Positions 59,562 through 64,000 of a stretch of 64,000 bases of DNA are shown in pieces. The DNA is from a virus (lineage: Duplodnaviria > Heunggongvirae > Uroviricota > Caudoviricetes). The notes under the pieces were generated by a model. It was not told the DNA's origin and made no database searches. It was given only the letters and a program-made list of their open reading frames with translations. The stretch is taken from IMG/VR virus record IMGVR_UViG_3300033494_000001; one strand, 5' to 3'. Within the stretch, counting starts at the first letter, position 1; every line of letters begins with the position of its first letter. Made by a program: the position numbers and the translations under genes.

Positions 59562-59827
59562 TATTGTACAATTAAAGCCATTTCACCTTCATAAACAGAA
59601 TCATCTATTGAAAGAATAAATTTCCCAAGTTCTTCTTCAGAAAAATTCTCTGTTTCTGATTCTTCTGTTAATCCTTCCCAACTATAATGAACTGTTTCTT
59701 CTACTAATACAACTGCATCAATGTTAGTTATTAAACCAGTCACATAATCAATAAGAACAACTCTTTGTTCTTTTTGTTGTTCAGTCATATCTGACATAAA
59801 CACTTCTAAATCTTTCCAAGTTATCAT
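59561..59827 (-). CDS. Hypothetical protein, 88 aa
   Basis: TAATG-coupled ORF. Confidence 0.6.
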   Translation of the reverse strand: MITWKDLEVFMSDMTEQQKEQRVVLIDYVTGLITNIDAVVLVEETVHYSWEGLTEESETENFSEEELGKFILSIDDSVYEGEMALIVQ

Positions 59828-60588
59828 TATACTTTCAATAAACGATTAATAATCATGGTCTTCTCGAATTTATTCATAATATCTTTCTTATCATCAGTAA
59901 CGATTTGAGTAAAGCTATTATAAACATCATACATTGAAGGATCAATACCTTCAGGAATATAGTAATCACTTTCAGAATCTATAAATAATTGTTTATAAGC
60001 ATCAACTGGAGTACTAACTGCAATCTTTACTTTACCAAATCCATAGTCTTGTGATTCTCTTAATGCGTAATCTACCCATTCACCTAGATATTGAGTGCGT
60101 AAATTTCTATCTATATAGGTAGATTTTAGTTTTTCTAAACCAACTGCAAAATCATTAGTGTATTCCATTAATGATTGAATTGGTTTAAAATCAATGGGGT
60201 CTCCAGGAAGTAGGTCCTGTACATTTAACCACGATGGATTAAATACACATAGATTAGTACATGCTGAATTAAGATAACCTCTGTAGATTTTAACTACTGG
60301 TTTCTTTACATCAATGCCATAAAGAAATCCTATTACTTCTTCGTGATTATCTATTGTATACTTTTGCGGTAAAACTGCTTGAATTAAAACTCGATTAAAA
60401 GTTGTATCTTGAGCATCTTTATTAAAAGTCATTTGATCAGGTAATTTCACCTGAATCCTAAAATCTTGAGTAAATGCAGACATCCTTTCAATGAAAGGTT
60501 CTACATATGTTTTAGTAGGGAAAAACTCCTTATTTTTAATTAAGGTACTTTTTCCTTTAAATAATTCTTGTATTGTTAATTGATCCAT
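59827..60588 (-). CDS. Conserved crAss-like protein, possibly DUF932-like, 253 aa
   Basis: KIYRGYLNSACTNLCVF resembles the DUF932 R-x-x-C-x-N motif. C-terminal SMYDVYNSFTQ. Confidence 0.5.
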   Translation of the reverse strand: MDQLTIQELFKGKSTLIKNKEFFPTKTYVEPFIERMSAFTQDFRIQVKLPDQMTFNKDAQDTTFNRVLIQAVLPQKYTIDNHEEVIGFLYGIDVKKPVVKIYRGYLNSACTNLCVFNPSWLNVQDLLPGDPIDFKPIQSLMEYTNDFAVGLEKLKSTYIDRNLRTQYLGEWVDYALRESQDYGFGKVKIAVSTPVDAYKQLFIDSESDYYIPEGIDPSMYDVYNSFTQIVTDDKKDIMNKFEKTMIINRLLKV

Positions 60589-60950
60589 TATAATCTTGCT
60601 AAATACAATTCAACCGCTTCTATAAGCATTTCATCTGTTACATCAATTTCTGACATAATGTTATTTTCACATTCATATAAAGACATACAAATATCTCCTC
60701 CTGCATAAATTGAACTATGTTCATCAATCCAAGATTGTAATGCTCCTGATGCTAATCCATCTCTTAAAATCTGAGGTTCTCTTGCATTACGATCTTCGTC
60801 AGAATCATAATCTTGATCATACGCATAATCATAAAGGTGAAGAGTTTCAACTAAATCTTCAATCAGATCTTCATAGGATAAATTAAGATTAGTACCTAAT
60901 TCTCCACCTTTATAATCGTATACTTTTAATACGTGATAAGTTTTTTCCAT
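60588..60950 (-). CDS. Acidic hypothetical protein, 120 aa
   Basis: TAATG-coupled ORF. Confidence 0.6.
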   Translation of the reverse strand: MEKTYHVLKVYDYKGGELGTNLNLSYEDLIEDLVETLHLYDYAYDQDYDSDEDRNAREPQILRDGLASGALQSWIDEHSSIYAGGDICMSLYECENNIMSEIDVTDEMLIEAVELYLARL

Positions 60951-61252
60951 TATAATAATTGTTCTAAAATAGTTATTATCTGTACAGATTTAATTGTATG
61001 AATTCCAGGACATTCTGATTCTCCAAGCGGAGTACATTCATCGAAAAATTCAAATCCTTCAAAATGTCCATATGATATCTTTGCACTACAAGATGAATCT
61101 GCAAATTCTCGATTATAGTAATGGCCATTATTTGCTTTAATGGCGGCTACTATAGGTCGAATAAGTTCAATTTCATTATCAGTAATGCTGGTCATACACA
61201 AATCGTAATCACCATCATTATAATCTGCCTTAATTAAAAGATAGTTTTCCAT
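60950..61252 (-). CDS. Hypothetical protein, 100 aa
   Basis: Start taken at MENYLLIKADYNDGDY (61252). Confidence 0.6.
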   Translation of the reverse strand: MENYLLIKADYNDGDYDLCMTSITDNEIELIRPIVAAIKANNGHYYNREFADSSCSAKISYGHFEGFEFFDECTPLGESECPGIHTIKSVQIITILEQLL

Positions 61253-61253
61253 A

Positions 61254-61619
61254 TTACAATCTTTCTCCACAAGTTGGACAATATTTATAACCATAATATT
61301 GACTAAAAGAGGAACAACAAGATTTTTCTTCTTCGGGAACTATTAAATAAGTTAGTTCAGGAAAAATTTCATTCCAATTCAATATTCGTAAATCAATAGA
61401 ATAATCTTCAAATTCTTCATCGTGTTTTAAATCAGGTAATTCAAAAGAATCTCGAACATAATCAGTAAAACACTCAAGTAAATTTGATTCTGAACTAAAT
61501 GTTTCACCATCTATATTTTCTTTAAAATAATCTAAAATTGTCTCTAAAGAGTCACGGTAAGTTCTTTGTTCAATTTTTGTTGTTAAAACAGAATAATCAT
61601 TTTCTATTTGTACTTTCAT
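61254..61619 (-). CDS. Hypothetical protein with C-terminal CPTCG zinc ribbon, 121 aa
   Basis: SCC...YCPTCGERL. Confidence 0.6.
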   Translation of the reverse strand: MKVQIENDYSVLTTKIEQRTYRDSLETILDYFKENIDGETFSSESNLLECFTDYVRDSFELPDLKHDEEFEDYSIDLRILNWNEIFPELTYLIVPEEEKSCCSSFSQYYGYKYCPTCGERL

Positions 61620-61620
61620 T

Positions 61621-63189
61621 TTAATAAAGTGTTGTGTAAGTTAATGTGTCTTTGTTTAGTATAATCATTTGACGTTTTCCATGTTTATTCAAAGTACAAG
61701 AAGCATAAGCCCAACTTGTTAATCCTGTATTATAACCATGTTCCATTCCACAGGTAAGTCCTACCTGATAACAACCCCAACGTATAGCCGGAGAATGAGA
61801 ATGTCCAATAATTGTTTTCTGTGATAATCTAGAGAAAGATTGTATATTTCCTTTTGAACCATTTGGACCTTTATGTCCATGCATTCCTACTTCTACTCCA
61901 TGTAATACATATGAATCATCTGTGCCTAAGGCATGAACATGATTATATCTCTCGTTAATATAGTAAGGAATGATACCATTTTCTGCTTTTAATGATAATG
62001 TTAATTTTAACATATCCAAAAACAATTCGGCATTTTTAAGATTATTTCTCCAATCTCCTTGTTTCATTGCTCTATCAAGCATATCATCATGATTAGAAGA
62101 AACAACAATAGTTTTCTGCATATTTTCGTCAAACCAATCTAATTCAGTATACATTTGATCAAGTTCTTGTTGTAAATCATCTCCTCCAGTTTTCCAGAGC
62201 ATGTGTTTTGTAATAAAATCTTTTTCATTGTGTACATTTAAAGATTTTGAATCAAATACATCATGTAAAACACTAGTTGTTACACCCAATGCTCCACAAA
62301 TACCTCTAAACGCATTAGTAACATCATCATCTTTTTGAGCAAAATGACTATCTCCCCAAACCATACAATCAACAACTTCATGTGAAAGTTTACCATCTTC
62401 AACGCGATAAATTAAATCGTTAAAATTACCTTCTGAATCAGCAGATACACTTCTCATGTGAACTACTTCTTCACTTTCTATTTCTACTATTACGAAACCA
62501 TATGAATGATGTGCTTCTGCTTTACCACCTGCAACGGAATCAGTAAAATTAGGAATAGTAGTAGTACCTGTTGAATAAAGAAACTTTTGTTTTTGTGTTG
62601 GTAATACCGGAACTGTTCTCATTTCGATACGAGGAGCTCCAACTATTACTGAAGCATTATCTCCAAATAATTCAATTCCATTAGTCGGATTTGGAGAAGT
62701 TGCTTGTACTTTTAAATCAGATAAAAGTAATAAATCTTTGTGCAAAAACTGACGATTTGCAGTTAAATAAGGTTGCACTTCCGAAGCCCAAACATCTTCA
62801 TCTTTGAACTGAGATGTGGGGTTTTTATAGCGTGTTGCAATAATTCCGATTTCAGCATTAATAAAATCTGCGTAGGCTTCAATATTCTTTAAGAATTTAA
62901 GATTAACTGGACTTGCATTTTGAGCACTGGATATAATATATCTTTTACTATCTTTTAGTTTATGAGATTTCGCTGCTGAAAAATCTGATTCTGTTAACGA
63001 ATAATCAAACTGATTAATCAATGTATTTATCTCTTCCTCGGTCTTAGAAAAATAAGCAGTTAAAATATCCATCTTAGTTGTTAAACTAAAATGAGTACTT
63101 GTACATATTTTCTTAAGATAATCTTTGTCTGTCTTTGATAAATTGGGTTGTATAATATCTTCTAGTTCAAGTTTTGAATTATCTTCCAT
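61621..63189 (-). CDS. Calcineurin-like metallophosphoesterase/nuclease, 522 aa
   Basis: VWGDSH, VLHDVFD, SSNHDD, MHGH, IGHSHS metal-binding motifs. Confidence 0.75.
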   Translation of the reverse strand: MEDNSKLELEDIIQPNLSKTDKDYLKKICTSTHFSLTTKMDILTAYFSKTEEEINTLINQFDYSLTESDFSAAKSHKLKDSKRYIISSAQNASPVNLKFLKNIEAYADFINAEIGIIATRYKNPTSQFKDEDVWASEVQPYLTANRQFLHKDLLLLSDLKVQATSPNPTNGIELFGDNASVIVGAPRIEMRTVPVLPTQKQKFLYSTGTTTIPNFTDSVAGGKAEAHHSYGFVIVEIESEEVVHMRSVSADSEGNFNDLIYRVEDGKLSHEVVDCMVWGDSHFAQKDDDVTNAFRGICGALGVTTSVLHDVFDSKSLNVHNEKDFITKHMLWKTGGDDLQQELDQMYTELDWFDENMQKTIVVSSNHDDMLDRAMKQGDWRNNLKNAELFLDMLKLTLSLKAENGIIPYYINERYNHVHALGTDDSYVLHGVEVGMHGHKGPNGSKGNIQSFSRLSQKTIIGHSHSPAIRWGCYQVGLTCGMEHGYNTGLTSWAYASCTLNKHGKRQMIILNKDTLTYTTLY

Positions 63190-63233
63190 TCAATAAATTT
63201 TATAAGCTGTTACGCTGTTAGTAATTGTTAATT

Positions 63234-63275
63234 AAAAAAGAAAAAAGGCTACTGAATTTCTTCAGCAGCCTTTTT
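63234..63275 (-). terminator. Intrinsic terminator
   Basis: AAAAAGGCT-G-CTGAA/GAAA/TTCAG-T-AGCCTTTTTT on -, followed by CTTTTTT. Confidence 0.8.
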
Positions 63276-63355
63276 ATTTAGTTTAACGTCCTGCGATTGA
63301 CGACTAAAAGATTCTGTAAAGCAGGCGTATTAGTGGCCGCCACTTACTTAAAGGA

Positions 63356-64000
63356 TTACTCCTGAACGAAGAAAATAAATTTTCCAAGTTTAGCTGATTT
63401 GGAAGGAGTATATTGACCGTAGCCAGCATATTTCTGTCCATCAGTGATTTCTTTTACGATTTCAATAACGTAATCTTTTTTGTTTGCTTCAATCAAGTCT
63501 TTCATAAGTTTAAGAGCTTGATCTTTCTTTTCAGCGGTAGCTTCAACAGCTCCTTTTGAAAGTACTTTTACTTGAGGAATTTCTACTTCTTTAAATTTAG
63601 TAACTTTTTCCCCTGTTTTTACGCCTTCTTCATCAAGAACATCTACTTCAACTTCGATAACTTCTTTTTTGTAAGGACTTTGGAATTCAACTACCTTTTC
63701 TTCGCCAGTTTCTTTATCAACAACAGTTTTTGTTTCTGTGTGGAATTTAACTACCAATTCAGCTTCTTTAATCTGATAAGTTGTGGTTGATTTACGTTTT
63801 CCAATTGTAGTTTCATTGATTACATTGTAAGGACGTAAGCGTGTGTCGTCTGCTGCAGCTTCGATAACTACATATGCTCCAACGGCTTTCTTTTCTTTAA
63901 TGTACTTTTCCATAAAAGTATTAATGGCTTTAGTACCTACGGGCGAGCCTGCTTTTTTCCACGCCAATGTAGCGTTTTTCAATCTGTCTAATTCTACGTC
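63356..64000 (-). CDS. Lys/Glu-rich conserved hypothetical protein, 5'-truncated by window
   Basis: Frame is open to the window edge (DVELDRLKNATLAWKK...). The track's TTG start at 63982 is probably internal. TAA 63356-63358. Confidence 0.7.
   Translation of the reverse strand, partial: DVELDRLKNATLAWKKAGSPVGTKAINTFMEKYIKEKKAVGAYVVIEAAADDTRLRPYNVINETTIGKRKSTTTYQIKEAELVVKFHTETKTVVDKETGEEKVVEFQSPYKKEVIEVEVDVLDEEGVKTGEKVTKFKEVEIPQVKVLSKGAVEATAEKKDQALKLMKDLIEANKKDYVIEIVKEITDGQKYAGYGQYTPSKSAKLGKFIFFVQE

Noticed and set aside
46498-63790. Overlapping minor ORFs in the early block (46498..46683, 46933..47115, 48229..48447, 50593..50811, 53377..53715, 56462..56656, 63572..63790 etc.)
   Set aside because: They overlap terminators or well-supported genes in other frames and have atypical composition.
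1-64000. Suppressor tRNA-Trp(UCA) or other tRNA/rRNA
   Set aside because: No cloverleaf or T-loop in any intergenic gap seen by eye. Almost all sequence is coding. A tRNAscan/Aragorn run would confirm.

Overview
AT-rich, gene-dense segment of a crAss-like (Crassvirales-type, probably Bacteroidota-infecting) phage genome that uses two genetic codes. The + strand (1..45706) is a late/virion block of 15 genes. The supplied standard-code ORF track fragments it because TGA is read as Trp: about 130 in-frame TGA by my hand count, the pieces rejoin in frame, and every gene ends in TAA. Reassembled, it encodes ring/connector-type proteins, an IHF-like protein, tail and muzzle-like proteins, a set of cargo proteins, and four giant proteins. 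The giant proteins are 2971 aa (SF1 helicase motifs), 2958 aa (two-barrel virion RNA polymerase, DFDID), 1150 aa (HExxH zincin) and 1554 aa (PD-(D/E)XK nuclease). The - strand (46598..64000) is an early nucleotide-metabolism/repair block (PNK, ThyX, RNA ligase, DNA ligase, dUTPase, DNA methylase, class II RNR, metallophosphoesterase) that uses only TGG for Trp. Between the blocks is a TGA-recoded FlgJ-type peptidoglycan hydrolase bracketed by terminator hairpins, with a candidate host-type promoter upstream. The most unusual signal is that the four giant proteins are almost Cys-free, yet at each of their three junctions the upstream protein ends in Cys and the downstream one has Cys at position 4. 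This suggests a head-to-tail linked cargo chain. No suppressor tRNA, intron, intein or CRISPR array was seen. All family calls come from motif recognition, not database searches.
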